NCBI GenBank assembly: GCA_035560235.1
Contig: DATMAG010000049.1
Span: 24,300-88,299, forward strand
DNA length: 64,000 nt
Direction: 5' to 3'
From: Blastocatellia bacterium
Lineage (GTDB): Bacteria > Acidobacteriota > Blastocatellia > RBC074
A program made the translations under genes and the position numbers. The notes below the pieces were generated by a model that did no database searches, was not told the origin of the DNA, and saw only the letters and a program-made list of their open reading frames with translations. This document shows, piece after piece, positions 41,026-51,085 of this stretch. Every line of letters starts with the position of its first letter. Position 1 is the first letter of the stretch.

Positions 41026-44000
41026 ATGTTGCGTCCACGTTACCCCCTCGCAGTTCTGGTCATCATCACGCTGCTGGCCTCGGCTGCCCTGTCACAAACC
41101 TTTCGTGGTGGCATCTCCGGCAGCATTACCGATCCGTCCGGCGCAGCTGTCCCCGGCGCATCCGTACAGCTTGTGCATGAAGGCACGGGGCTGACCCGCA
41201 ATCAGGAAACCACCAGCTCCGGCGATTTCACCTTTGCCGATCTGCCGCCCGGCTTCTACACGATCACCATTACCAAGGCCGGGTTCCAGACCCGGAAGAT
41301 GGAGAAGGTTGAAGTCGCCGTCGGCAAGGTCACCAGTCTGCCGGTCACGCTCGCCGTCGGACAAACGAGCGAAACCATCGAGGTGCAGGCTGCAGCCGCC
41401 ACGCTTGAAACTTCCAATTCCACGCTCAATGCTGTCGTCAATCAGCGCGCGGTGCAGGAGATTCCGCTCAACGGGCGCGACTTTCGCACGCTGCTTTACC
41501 TGACGCCGGGCTATAACCAGAGCGGTTCGATGAATGGCAATCGCGGCAATCAGAACAACTGGCAGATTGACGGCACCGACAACAATGATTTCTGGCACAA
41601 CGGCGAAGCCGTCAACCAGGGCAGCATTTCAGGCATCGCGGGCGTGCTGCTGCCGATTGAAGCGATTGATCAGTTCAATCAGCAGTCAGCCGGCGGCGGC
41701 GATTTCGGGCGCAATCCTGGTTCGCAGGTCAACGTCGCCCTGAAATCAGGCACGAACGAATTTCACGGCTCGGCCTACTACTTCAATCGCAACGAAGCCT
41801 TCGCGCTGCAATCGCCGTTCGTTCCGGTCGGAACTCCCGACAAGCTGCGCAACGAACAGGGCGGTTTTTCGCTCGGCGGCCCGATCATCAAAAACCGCCT
41901 CTTCTTTTTCCTCACCTATGAAAAGCAGAACTATGTGATTGCTGACCCGGTGCGCGGAACTGTCCCGTCCAACGCCTGGATTGATGTGGCCAAAGGCATC
42001 CTGCAAAAGTACAACGTGCCGGTGAATCCGGTCATGCTGGCCACTTTTCAGAATCTGTGGCCGTCACGCGGGGCTTCAGCTCCGGCAACAAAACTGAACT
42101 TCAATTCCGGCGATGATGACACCGGCCACAGCAACAACGGTGTCATCAAGCTCGATTACAACCTCAATTCAAAGCATACGCTCTCGGCGCGCGCGTTTCT
42201 CGGAACAGGTGAAGCGGCGCAGTTTGCCGGATCAGTTTACAAGGAATATTACCAGGTGGTGCCGAGTCGTCAGCATAACTTTGCCGTGATCTGGAACTCG
42301 ACCTGGACGCCGCGTCTTGTCAACCAGTTGCTGGCCGGAGTGAACTACTTCAACCAGACCTTTGACGATGCGGTTCACGCCGCCAATCCGGTTTCGTGGG
42401 GACTCAACACCGGCGTCACCAACCCGTCGAATTTCGGCGCGCCAACAATCAGCATCACCGGCTTCGACAACGGCATCGTCGGCGCGACTCCGCGTCTCGG
42501 ACGAATTGATGTGACCGGCCATCTGACCGACAACCTCTCGTACAACTTCGGCAGCCACGCGCTGAAACTCGGCGGTGAATTCCGGCGGGCGAAGCTCGAT
42601 GTGTTCTACTACCGCGAAGCGCGCGGGTCTTTCAGCTTCGACGGCAACCAGGGACCGTGGGCCAATGATCCGACGCTTGATCCGAAAGTTGATCCGCTCG
42701 GCGTTCAGAAAAAGGCCATCGCCGATTTTGTGGCGGGCATCATCGCCGCTGGCAGCGCCTCAATCGCCGTCGGTGATCCGCAGCGCGATTACTTCGTGAA
42801 TTCAGTTGATGGCTGGGCGCAGGACAACTGGCAGTACACGCCGCGTCTGAATATCAACTACGGCTTCCGCTACACCTACAACGGAAGGCTGCACGCGACG
42901 GGCAGCAAACCGATTGCGATCTTCAATCCGAAGTCATCAACCGGCCTCTCCATCGTAGGCAAGGACATTGAATCGCTCTATCCGGCTGACTACAACAACA
43001 TCGCGCCGCGTCTCGGTTTTGCCTATTCGCCAACGCGTGGCGGGAAGATGGTGATTCGCGGTCATTACGGCGTCTATTACGACATCGTCAATGGCAACCT
43101 GTTCATTGACAACCGCGCCGGCAGCGATTCCGGTCGCGGTGTCTCGCGCCAGCCGACCGGCCCGGCCCCGGTCTTCAGCGCCAGCAATCCCGGCACGGGA
43201 CCCAATGGCTCCGGCCCCTACACGATTCAGCAGGGAGTGCCCATCTTCGGTGGCGCGACGCCGCAGCCGCCGTTCGCAGTCTACACAGTGAATCAGAACC
43301 TGCGCTCGCCCTACGTGCAGAATTTCGGCGTGGATGTGCAGTATCAGGTGGCGAGAAACACGCTGCTGACGGTCGGTTATGTCGGCAACCAGGCGCGCAA
43401 GCTGGTGTACACGCACAACATCAATCAGATCAGGCCGAGCGTTGATCCGGCTGCCTCCTCGCGTCGCCCGTTCTTCACGCAGTTCCCGCAATTCCGCGGG
43501 ATCACTGAGATCGAGACGGCAGCCAATTCGAGCTACAACGCGCTTCAGCTTTCGCTGCGCACCTCAAGCTGGCGCAACCTCAGCGCCCAGTTCTCCTACA
43601 CGCTCGGACACGCGGAGGATGAAGTTTCAGCGCCGCGCAACGCCCGACCGACCGACAATTACAACCGCCGGTTCGACCGGGGCAATGCGGCCTTTGATTA
43701 CCGGCACGTCTTTTCAGGTTACGTGCTTTATGACGTGCCGCAGCTCGGCCACGCGCTGCCGCTGCTGACCAGAGGCTGGCAGCTCAACGCGTTCATCACG
43801 GCAGATTCCGGCACGCCGTTCACGGTCTTTGCCACCGGCGACTTCAGCCACACGCGCAACGGCGCTGACCGGGCGAATCAGACCGGCGATCCGTTCAGCG
43901 GAATCACGCAGCCGGCGACAGTCAATGGCCGCTACGTCAATGGCATTCGCTATTTCAACGGCTCGGCCTTTGTCAATCCGGCCCCCGGGACTTACGGGAC

Positions 44001-44259
44001 AACCAAAAGAAACCAGTACTACGGGCCGGGGTTCGCTTCAGTTGACCTTTCAGTCTTCAAGAACTTCAGGTTCAGGGAGCGATACACCCTGCAGTTCCGC
44101 TCGGAGATCTTCAATATCTTCAACCGGCTGAATATGGGCAATCCTGACGGATCAGTCGGCGGCGGGCTGATCGGCGGCACGCGTCACGGCGGCGATGCGC
44201 CTGGCATCGGTTACGGCGAACCGCGCAACATTCAGTTCGTCGTGAAATTCCTCTGGTAA
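41026..44259 (+). CDS. TonB-dependent receptor-like outer-membrane protein with N-terminal carboxypeptidase-regulatory-like domain
   Basis: The signal peptide is followed by ...TFRGGISGSITDPSGAAVPGASVQLVHEGTGLTRNQETTSSGDFTFADLPPGFYTITITKAGFQ... (a CarbopepD_reg-like domain). A plug-like region follows (...LNGRDFRTLLYLTPG...) and a long beta-barrel ends in an aromatic C-terminus. The protein is 1077 aa. Confidence 0.75.
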   Translation: MLRPRYPLAVLVIITLLASAALSQTFRGGISGSITDPSGAAVPGASVQLVHEGTGLTRNQETTSSGDFTFADLPPGFYTITITKAGFQTRKMEKVEVAVGKVTSLPVTLAVGQTSETIEVQAAAATLETSNSTLNAVVNQRAVQEIPLNGRDFRTLLYLTPGYNQSGSMNGNRGNQNNWQIDGTDNNDFWHNGEAVNQGSISGIAGVLLPIEAIDQFNQQSAGGGDFGRNPGSQVNVALKSGTNEFHGSAYYFNRNEAFALQSPFVPVGTPDKLRNEQGGFSLGGPIIKNRLFFFLTYEKQNYVIADPVRGTVPSNAWIDVAKGILQKYNVPVNPVMLATFQNLWPSRGASAPATKLNFNSGDDDTGHSNNGVIKLDYNLNSKHTLSARAFLGTGEAAQFAGSVYKEYYQVVPSRQHNFAVIWNSTWTPRLVNQLLAGVNYFNQTFDDAVHAANPVSWGLNTGVTNPSNFGAPTISITGFDNGIVGATPRLGRIDVTGHLTDNLSYNFGSHALKLGGEFRRAKLDVFYYREARGSFSFDGNQGPWANDPTLDPKVDPLGVQKKAIADFVAGIIAAGSASIAVGDPQRDYFVNSVDGWAQDNWQYTPRLNINYGFRYTYNGRLHATGSKPIAIFNPKSSTGLSIVGKDIESLYPADYNNIAPRLGFAYSPTRGGKMVIRGHYGVYYDIVNGNLFIDNRAGSDSGRGVSRQPTGPAPVFSASNPGTGPNGSGPYTIQQGVPIFGGATPQPPFAVYTVNQNLRSPYVQNFGVDVQYQVARNTLLTVGYVGNQARKLVYTHNINQIRPSVDPAASSRRPFFTQFPQFRGITEIETAANSSYNALQLSLRTSSWRNLSAQFSYTLGHAEDEVSAPRNARPTDNYNRRFDRGNAAFDYRHVFSGYVLYDVPQLGHALPLLTRGWQLNAFITADSGTPFTVFATGDFSHTRNGADRANQTGDPFSGITQPATVNGRYVNGIRYFNGSAFVNPAPGTYGTTKRNQYYGPGFASVDLSVFKNFRFRERYTLQFRSEIFNIFNRLNMGNPDGSVGGGLIGGTRHGGDAPGIGYGEPRNIQFVVKFLW

Positions 44260-44263
44260 AAAA

Positions 44264-44341
44264 ACAGACAGGATTCACAGGATCAGCTGCCGCGACAACA
44301 TTGTCCCGGCGCTGATTCTGTCAGTCCCGTGAATCCTGTCT
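44264..44341. terminator. hairpin (acagacaggattcacagg ... cccgtgaatcctgtct) at the convergent junction of the TonB-dependent receptor and patatin genes
   Basis: A 16-bp inverted repeat is preceded by AAAAA. The right arm overlaps the last codons of the patatin gene. Confidence 0.45.
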
Positions 44342-45142
44342 TACTGCTGAAAACATCTCCTCAGTTCTGCGCCTGCCTGAATCAATCAGTTCCTGCAAAT
44401 CGCGCTGCCGATAAATCACCGTGCCTTTGCCGAGCGTGTCCGGCGTAAGCATCACGACCGGTATCTGAGGATGCTGCTGTCGCAGCTTTTCGACTCTGGC
44501 CGCGTTTTCAGCGCGCGCTTTCAGGTGACTGGAAACATCAACCACCAGCACCTGCTGCGGCGCAAAGGGCAGCGCAAATAATTTGTCAGCCGGTAAACAA
44601 TTCACCACGCCACCATCCACCAGCCGCAGCACACGGCCCGCCATTTCACACCGCCGCGACGGAAAAAAACCGGGAATCGCTGCCGACCCGCGCGCTGCAT
44701 CTTCAAGCGGAAAGTCAGAGCCGGGATAGTGAAAGAAAATCTCTTCGCGCCGGTTGAGGTCGTAACAGACCACGCCGAGTCGCTCGACGCCGTGATGCAG
44801 CGTGCGCCCTGAAGCTTCAGACAAAAGCTGAATGTATTCAGGAATAATTCCGGCGCGATGAATGAAACGCCGCCTGATCGTTTCAGGCGCGCGCCGCAGC
44901 CACGCCCACGCCAGCAGGTGCCGCGAAGTCATATCCAGTCCGAGCCGCCGCAGGTCAGCTACGCTCAGCCCGACCGCCGCATAAAACGAGCCGATGATCG
45001 CGCCAGCGCTCGTGCCGACGATTTCAGAAATGCGAAAGCCGCGCTCACTGAGCGCCTCCAGCACGCCGACGTGAGCGAACCCGCGCACGCCTCCCGCGCC
45101 GAGCACCAGACTGAGCGGTTTGTCACTGCTGAGTTGAAGCAA
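44321..45142 (-). CDS. patatin-like phospholipase
   Basis: The oxyanion motif is in LVLGAGGVRGFAHVGVLEAL and the nucleophile elbow GTSAG is in EIVGTSAGAIIG. A DGG/DGA catalytic Asp region follows (LVDGGVVN). Confidence 0.8.
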   Translation of the reverse strand: MLQLSSDKPLSLVLGAGGVRGFAHVGVLEALSERGFRISEIVGTSAGAIIGSFYAAVGLSVADLRRLGLDMTSRHLLAWAWLRRAPETIRRRFIHRAGIIPEYIQLLSEASGRTLHHGVERLGVVCYDLNRREEIFFHYPGSDFPLEDAARGSAAIPGFFPSRRCEMAGRVLRLVDGGVVNCLPADKLFALPFAPQQVLVVDVSSHLKARAENAARVEKLRQQHPQIPVVMLTPDTLGKGTVIYRQRDLQELIDSGRRRTEEMFSAVRQDSRD

Positions 45143-45177
45143 GATGATTGCGGCAGGTGAGGTCAGAGAAAAGACGG

Positions 45178-45813
45178 CTAAATATTCGGCTCCCAGATTT
45201 CACTCAGTTCGAGCGTAAAGCCCGGCAGTTCCGGGTCACCTGAAATCTGTTGTGCGTTCTCGACGACTTCGACTTCAGCGCCGGGGCGATAAACATAGAC
45301 GCGCCTGTTTTCGGGATCAATCAGCCAGCCAAGCTGCGCGCCGCTCGCAATGTATTCCTGCATCTTTGCCTGCAAATCGTTCAGATCATCCGTCGGTGAA
45401 AGCAGTTCGATCACGAAGTCAGGGCACAGCGGCAGAAACTTTCGCTTCTGTTCCTGCGTCAGTTGCGCCAGCCGTTCGCGCCTGACCCACGCGGCATCAG
45501 GCGAACGATCCGCCCCGCCCGGCAACCTGAACCCGGTCGAAGAATCGGTCGAAACGCCTGCCTTGTTATCTTTCGACCAGTTGCGAAGCTGTGCCGTAAT
45601 CTCAGCGTTACGATTGCCTGTTTCCCATCCGGTTGGTGGCATAACGATGATGTCTCCTTCAGCCGTGCGTTCGAAGCGCAGATCGCGGTTGAGCTGGCAG
45701 AGTTCAAAGAACTGCTCGTCGCTCATCTCAATCACCGGGCGCAGCCGAATGGTCAGCGGCGTTTCGCGCACTGCAATTCTGCGTTCAGGCGGATCAATGA
45801 CAGCATGACTCAT
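45178..45813 (-). CDS. Uma2-family (DUF820) restriction-endonuclease-fold protein
   Basis: ...MSDEQFFELCQLNRDLRFERTAEGDIIVMPPTG... and ...PDFVIELLSPTDD... These are the PD-(D/E)xK-like motifs typical of Uma2. Confidence 0.75.
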   Translation of the reverse strand: MSHAVIDPPERRIAVRETPLTIRLRPVIEMSDEQFFELCQLNRDLRFERTAEGDIIVMPPTGWETGNRNAEITAQLRNWSKDNKAGVSTDSSTGFRLPGGADRSPDAAWVRRERLAQLTQEQKRKFLPLCPDFVIELLSPTDDLNDLQAKMQEYIASGAQLGWLIDPENRRVYVYRPGAEVEVVENAQQISGDPELPGFTLELSEIWEPNI

Positions 45814-45848
45814 AAGACTTCCTCCTTTGCGGCCCGGTTATTCTAACA

Positions 45849-47237
45849 CTATCGCAGATAGCCCAGGTATTCAGGACTGCCTTCAACCAGCGCCGTCACA
45901 AGCTCGCGGGCAGGCTCCCATTCACCAACGAGCGGATAGGCAAGCAGCGCCTGGCGCGCCAGGGCAGCTGATTTTTCAATGGCAGCGCGAATCGTCAGGC
46001 GTTCGTATTCCTTCACCGCCTGCACCAGCCCGCGCACCTTTGCGGGCAGTTCACCGACCGCCAGGGCCTGCGGGCCGTGACGATCAACCAGGCACGGCAC
46101 TTCGACAACATCATCAGCTTCAAGCTCAGTGATCGCGCCGCGATTGCTCACGTTCAGCACGATACGCGCAGGCTGATCGCTCACGAGCGCCTTCATCACA
46201 TCGAGCGCGATGCGATGATAACCGGTCGCGGCGGCAAACGGGTCTTCGGTCTGCTCGCTGTCTTCGTGCAAAGCTGAACCGGCTTCGGCTTCGAGTTTGA
46301 GATATGAACCCGAACGGCGGCGCAGGTAGTTGCGATAAATCGTCAGCGCTTCAGCGTGACGTTCAGCATTGACCGCTTCACGAAGCAGATCAAAAAGACT
46401 GGCATTCAGGCTTTCAATCTCCTCGCCGCGACTCGCTCCGGCTGCGCGCTGATTGGCGAGGGCGCGCTGCTGACAGTAATAAAAAAACAGATACTCGCTC
46501 GGAATCATTCCGAGGCCGCGAATCATTTCAGGGTCGAACAGTTCAGCGTGATAAAGACTGCGCAGCGCCGCATCATCATTGAGCAGCCGTTCAGTCTCAT
46601 CACGCCCGCGCACGAGCACGCGCCGCACCCAGCCAAGATGATTCAGGCCGAAGTAATCACAGCGCACATCCGCGAGCGGTTCAGACAACGCTGCGGCAAT
46701 ACGCAGAAACATTTCGCTCGGCGTGTCGCAGATGCCGATGCTGCGCAGCCGCGTGTGCTGCGCCATCGCCTGCGCCACGAGTCCCGCCGGATTCGTGAAG
46801 CTGATAAACCACGCCTCGGGCGCGTGCTGTTCAATCACGCGGGCGTGCGCAAGCGCAACCGGAATCGTCCGCAACGCCTTTGCCAGTCCGCCGAGTCCGG
46901 TAGTCTCCTGCCCGGCAATGCCGTGTTCGATGGCAAGGCGTTCATCGCGCGCACGCGCCGCAATGCCGCCGACGCGAATGCTGTGCAGAATGAACTGCGC
47001 GCCCGCTGTGGCGTCCTTGATTCTTTCAGGCGTGCTGATGATAAATTCAGCGCGCTGCTGTCTGATGACTTCCCTGCCGAGCGCAGCCATCAGCGCGACC
47101 CGCTCGCGGTCAATGTCATACAGCGCCAGTTCACGAATGCCGAGCGTCGCCGCCGCCTGCGCCAGCCCGTGAATCAGCAGCGGCGTGCGCACACCGCCAC
47201 CGCCGATGAGAGTTACTTTGCAGTTGTCATTCATCAC
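45849..47237 (-). CDS. glycoside hydrolase family 4 (NAD+/Mn2+-dependent alpha-glucosidase / 6-phospho-glucosidase family)
   Basis: [25 protein letters not shown]... is the Rossmann region. ...[15 protein letters not shown]... and ...GICDTP... are GH4-like. Confidence 0.7.
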   Translation of the reverse strand: MMNDNCKVTLIGGGGVRTPLLIHGLAQAAATLGIRELALYDIDRERVALMAALGREVIRQQRAEFIISTPERIKDATAGAQFILHSIRVGGIAARARDERLAIEHGIAGQETTGLGGLAKALRTIPVALAHARVIEQHAPEAWFISFTNPAGLVAQAMAQHTRLRSIGICDTPSEMFLRIAAALSEPLADVRCDYFGLNHLGWVRRVLVRGRDETERLLNDDAALRSLYHAELFDPEMIRGLGMIPSEYLFFYYCQQRALANQRAAGASRGEEIESLNASLFDLLREAVNAERHAEALTIYRNYLRRRSGSYLKLEAEAGSALHEDSEQTEDPFAAATGYHRIALDVMKALVSDQPARIVLNVSNRGAITELEADDVVEVPCLVDRHGPQALAVGELPAKVRGLVQAVKEYERLTIRAAIEKSAALARQALLAYPLVGEWEPARELVTALVEGSPEYLGYLR

Positions 47238-47263
47238 TCAATAAAGGGAGCAATCAGCAGCCG

Positions 47264-47343
47264 GTGTCTGGAGTTCCGGCTTTAGCTGGTCGGTCTGAAT
47301 TTACAGCATCGCCAGCTAAAGCCGGAACTCCAGACACCGGCTC
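47264..47343. repeat. family B palindromic element (ccggtgtctggagttccggctttagctgg ... ccagctaaagccggaactccagacaccgg)
   Basis: A variant of the 31443-31527 element. It creates the spurious N-terminus of track ORF 47264..47707. Confidence 0.6.
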
Positions 47344-47370
47344 GCTGAAAGACGAGTTTCAATCAGCGCC

Positions 47371-48675
47371 TCAACTCAGCTTCATTTCATCGAGTCTGAG
47401 CAGCGTGTGCAGCAGCACGTTTGCGCCGCTGGTGATGTCTTCCGGTTTTGAAAATTCGCGTGGTGAATGGCTGATGCCGCCGACGCTGGGCACAAAGATC
47501 ATGCCGACCGGGCCGAGGCGGGCGACTTCCTGCGCGTCGTGGCCTGCGCCGCTGGGCATCGGCTTTGTCGTCAGGCCAAGCTGCCGGGCCGATTCAGCAA
47601 TCACGCGGCGAATGCGTTCATCGGTCGGCGCAGGCGCGGTGTCGTTGGTCTGCCTGAAATCGAATTTTGTCCCGGTGGCCTGTTCGATCTGTTTCACTTC
47701 GGCCTGAATCTTCGCAAACAGCATTCTGATTTTCGCGGCGTCGAGGTCGCGCAGTTCAAGGCTCGTCACGACTTTGCCTGGAATGACATTGTAGGCGCCC
47801 GGCTGCGCCTGAATCTTTCCAACCGTGCCGACCTGCCGACCCGGCATCGAAGTCACAGTGCGATTGACGGCTTCAATGAATTTCGCAGCAGCGAGCAATG
47901 CGTCGCGGCGCTGATTCATCGGCGTAGTCCCGGCGTGATTGGCGAAGCCTTCAATCGTCACGTCCCACCAGTTGATGCCGACAATGCCTTCGACCACGCC
48001 GATGTTGATTTTCTCTGCTTCGAGAATGCCGCCCTGTTCGATGTGCAGTTCAAGGTAAGCCGCAATGTCGCCGCGTTTGCGCACCGCGCCTGCGAGTTTG
48101 TCGGGATCGCCGCCGATGAACCTGATGCCGTCACGAATCGTTTTGCGACTGTTCGTAACCAGGTTCAGCTCCCTTTCAGTCAGCCCGGCGCTGATCGCAT
48201 GACTGCCGATGGTTCCGCCTTCCTCGTTCTGAAAGATGATGACTTCGAGCGGGTGACGCAGCGCGACGTTGTTTTCAGCGAGCGTCTGCGCAACTTCAAT
48301 CGCGCCCATCGAACCGACATCACCATCGTAATTGCCGCCTTCAGGCACCGAATCAATGTGCGAGCCGATGAGGAGCAGCGCAAGCGACGAATCGCGGCCC
48401 GCGCGACGACCGACGATGTTGCCTGCCGCATCAATGCTCACTTCAAGCTTCGCGGCGCGCATCAGGTTCATCGCATATTCGCGGCCTTTCAGGTCAGCAT
48501 CGCTGTAAGCCAGGCGACTGACGCCGCCCTGCGGGTTCCGGCCAAATTGCGACAGTTCTTTCAGGTGTTCATTGAACCGTTCGCCATTGACGCGCAGTTT
48601 CGGAAGCGATTGCGGCAGACCAGCGACAATGGCCGCAGACAAAAGGTGCAGATTGAATTCACGACGATTCATCAT
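47371..48675 (-). CDS. M20-family Zn-dependent amidohydrolase (allantoate amidohydrolase / N-carbamoyl-L-amino-acid hydrolase family), Tat-exported
   Basis: The Tat signal is MMNRREFNLHLLSAAIVAGLP. The metal-binding regions read ...LLIGSHIDSVPEGGNYDGDVG..., ...ELHIEQGG... and ...GAGHDAQ... Confidence 0.75.
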   Translation of the reverse strand: MMNRREFNLHLLSAAIVAGLPQSLPKLRVNGERFNEHLKELSQFGRNPQGGVSRLAYSDADLKGREYAMNLMRAAKLEVSIDAAGNIVGRRAGRDSSLALLLIGSHIDSVPEGGNYDGDVGSMGAIEVAQTLAENNVALRHPLEVIIFQNEEGGTIGSHAISAGLTERELNLVTNSRKTIRDGIRFIGGDPDKLAGAVRKRGDIAAYLELHIEQGGILEAEKINIGVVEGIVGINWWDVTIEGFANHAGTTPMNQRRDALLAAAKFIEAVNRTVTSMPGRQVGTVGKIQAQPGAYNVIPGKVVTSLELRDLDAAKIRMLFAKIQAEVKQIEQATGTKFDFRQTNDTAPAPTDERIRRVIAESARQLGLTTKPMPSGAGHDAQEVARLGPVGMIFVPSVGGISHSPREFSKPEDITSGANVLLHTLLRLDEMKLS

Positions 48676-48678
48676 TCC

Positions 48679-49602
48679 TCAGAGGTTCAACTCTTCCCGT
48701 GTCGGGAAGGGTGCGATGCCACCAAAGCCGCGCGTTGACAGCGCGCCGCAGATGTTACCAAGGCGCAGGCATTCATCCGGCATTCGATCATTCAGCCAGC
48801 CATAAATGAATCCGGCATCGAAACAATCGCCTGCGCCCGTTGTGTCCACCGGCTCAACGCTGACCGGCGGGCAAAAAATGATTTCACCGTTTGACAATAA
48901 TGCCGAACCGTTTGCGCCGAGTTTGAGCGCCACTGCGCGCAGACCCGCGTCAGCAAAGGCGCGCAGCATCTTTTCAGGTTCAGATTGTCCGGTCATCAGT
49001 TCGGCTTCGCGCTCGTTCGGCAGAAAGAGATCAACCCCGCGCAGCGCGTGCAGAGTTCGCGCACTGCTGAGCCAGTCAGGATGCCAGCCCACATCGAGCG
49101 AAACGGTGCAGCCCGCGTCGTGCAGCGTCGCGGCAATTTCAGCCAGCAGTTCAGACGCAACCCGAAAAGACAGGTGAACGTGCCGCGCCCTGTTCAGTTC
49201 ATTTCGCGCTGCGGCATCAGCGGCCAGCAGTTCAGGCAGCGCCTGATTCGATCCGGCATAAGTGAAAAACGCTCGGTCTTCAGCCGTCGAAACGCTCACG
49301 GTCAGCCCGGCACAATCGCCATCCGGGCGATGAATCAGTTCATCATCAACACCGCAGGCCTTCAGTCGTTCAACCAGCCAGTCACCATCGCGCCCGATCA
49401 CTGCCAGCAGCGCGACACGCACACCGAGTTTCGCCAGTCCGCAGGCTGTGATCGCCGCGCCGCCACCGGCTTCGCGGTGCAGCATCGTTGCAAACGATTC
49501 CTCGCCCGGCTGCGGCCAGCGCGGAAAACCGCTCATCACCAGATCGGTGAACACATCGCCTGCGGTAATGACATCCCAGTGCCGCTGAAACTTTCCGTTC
49601 AT
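48679..49602 (-). CDS. PfkB-family carbohydrate kinase (ribokinase-like)
   Basis: ...VITAGDVFTDLVM... is the substrate lid and ...DTTGAGDCFDAGFIYG... is the PfkB signature 2. Its start overlaps the permease stop (ATGA at 49599-49602). Confidence 0.8.
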   Translation of the reverse strand: MNGKFQRHWDVITAGDVFTDLVMSGFPRWPQPGEESFATMLHREAGGGAAITACGLAKLGVRVALLAVIGRDGDWLVERLKACGVDDELIHRPDGDCAGLTVSVSTAEDRAFFTYAGSNQALPELLAADAAARNELNRARHVHLSFRVASELLAEIAATLHDAGCTVSLDVGWHPDWLSSARTLHALRGVDLFLPNEREAELMTGQSEPEKMLRAFADAGLRAVALKLGANGSALLSNGEIIFCPPVSVEPVDTTGAGDCFDAGFIYGWLNDRMPDECLRLGNICGALSTRGFGGIAPFPTREELNL

Positions 49603-50993
49603 TCCGTTATTTCTGTTTGTTCCGTCATCGCTCTTTTTTCAAACGGCCATTCACCTTTGAAATAAGCCTGCCACAGATAAGCCGCGATGCCCGCGACCAT
49701 CAGGCCGAGGCCGAGCGCGAACAGGCGCCAGCCGTTCGTGCTCAGAATATAGATCCATCCGGCCATTGCAACGATGCTCGGCAGCGGATAGAGCCACATT
49801 CTGAATGGCAGGTGAATGTCAGGCCGGGTGCGGCGAATCAGCACGACGGCGGCGGCCTGCGCCATATCGCGGGCAATCGTCTGAATCACGATCAGTGCGG
49901 CGATCAGCGTCGGCAGGTCGAACCAGCAGCACAGCGCCGAAGTCACGCCAATGAAGATCAGCGAAAAGGTCGGAAAGTTTTCAGTCGGATGCAGGCGCGC
50001 AAACGGCCTGAAAAATCGCCCGTCTGCCGCCGCCGCATACGGCACGCGCGAATAACCGAGCATCACGGCAAACAGTGACGCCGCCGTCGTCCACAGAATC
50101 AGCAGCGTCATCACCGTTGCGGCTTTCGATCCGTACAGACGCTGAATGAAATCGGCCACGATGGCTCGATTGGCCAGCGTGCCTTCGGTAATCATTTCGC
50201 GCCAGGGCACAACGCCGATGATCGTCACGGTCATAACCATATAGATCACCGCCACCGCCGCAATCGAAATCAGCACCGTGCGCGGAATCGTCCAGCCGGG
50301 ATTTCTGACTTCGCCGCCGAAAAAGCAGACGTTGTTGTAACCGCCGTAATCGTAAATCGCGTTGAGAGTCGCCGTGCCGAGTCCGGCAAAGAATCCGAGC
50401 GAGAGATTGAAGGCTCCGGGCGAAAAATCAAAAGCGAGGCGCGGCTGAAAGTTCGTGACTCCGGCAAACAGCACCCACGCAACTGTGAGCAGCACGACGC
50501 CCCACATCACTACTGAAAGCCTGCCGATTGATCTGATGTCACGATAGAGCAGTGCCGTCACGACCAGGCACAAGGCCGCTGCGAGCAGTTTGCCCTGCGC
50601 CGGAGTCATTGCCGCCCACAGATATTTCGTGTAGTTGCTGAAACCGACTGCGCCGCCCGCAATCGAAAGCGGCGCAGTGCAGACGGTCTGCCAGATAAAG
50701 AGAAAGCTCATCAGTCGGCCCATTCGCTGCGGCCCGTAAGCCTGTTGCAGGTAATGATACGAACCGCCCGAACCCGGCATTGCCGCGCCGAGTTCAGCCC
50801 ACACCAGCCCGTCACAGACGGCAATGACTGCGCCCAGCACCCAGCCGATCATTGCCTGCGGCCCGCCCATTGCGCCGATGATGATCGGAATCGTGATGAA
50901 CGGCCCGATGCCGATCATCTCCAGCATATTCGCGGCAGTGGACTCAATCAGCCCCATGCCGCGAACCAGATGACCTTCTTCTTTCTGGCGCAT
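49599..50993 (-). CDS. APC-superfamily amino acid / polyamine permease
   Basis: About 12 predicted TM helices. The N-terminus reads ...IESTAANMLEMIGIGPFITIPIIIGAMGGPQAM... with a G-rich unwound-helix motif typical of the APC fold. The start is uncertain (M at 50993 or 50957). Confidence 0.7.
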   Translation of the reverse strand: MRQKEEGHLVRGMGLIESTAANMLEMIGIGPFITIPIIIGAMGGPQAMIGWVLGAVIAVCDGLVWAELGAAMPGSGGSYHYLQQAYGPQRMGRLMSFLFIWQTVCTAPLSIAGGAVGFSNYTKYLWAAMTPAQGKLLAAALCLVVTALLYRDIRSIGRLSVVMWGVVLLTVAWVLFAGVTNFQPRLAFDFSPGAFNLSLGFFAGLGTATLNAIYDYGGYNNVCFFGGEVRNPGWTIPRTVLISIAAVAVIYMVMTVTIIGVVPWREMITEGTLANRAIVADFIQRLYGSKAATVMTLLILWTTAASLFAVMLGYSRVPYAAAADGRFFRPFARLHPTENFPTFSLIFIGVTSALCCWFDLPTLIAALIVIQTIARDMAQAAAVVLIRRTRPDIHLPFRMWLYPLPSIVAMAGWIYILSTNGWRLFALGLGLMVAGIAAYLWQAYFKGEWPFEKRAMTEQTEITE

Positions 50994-51004
50994 ACAAAAG
51001 TTTA

Positions 51005-51078
51005 TCCACGAGGCACACAAAGATTCACAAAGCAGAATCCGGCTGATCTTCGTGAATCTTCGTGTGCCTTCGTGGATG
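51005..51078. terminator. family D hairpin (atccacgaggcacacaaagattcac ... gtgaatcttcgtgtgccttcgtggat) between the permease start region and the 3-prime end of the TonB-dependent receptor gene
   Basis: A roughly 25-bp imperfect inverted repeat is read directly. It shares CACGAAGG/CCTTCGTG arms with 60026-60173. Confidence 0.45.
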
Positions 51079-51085
51079 AAGGGGA

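Noticed and set aside
47264-47707. ORFs beginning with GVPALAG...AKAGTPNT-type peptides (47264..47707, the N-terminal part of 31448..32584, the C-terminal part of 56531..57517)
   Set aside because: The shared peptide is produced by translating the family B palindromic repeat, and the ORFs are antisense to or upstream of real genes. This is repeat-derived artefact, not a protein family.
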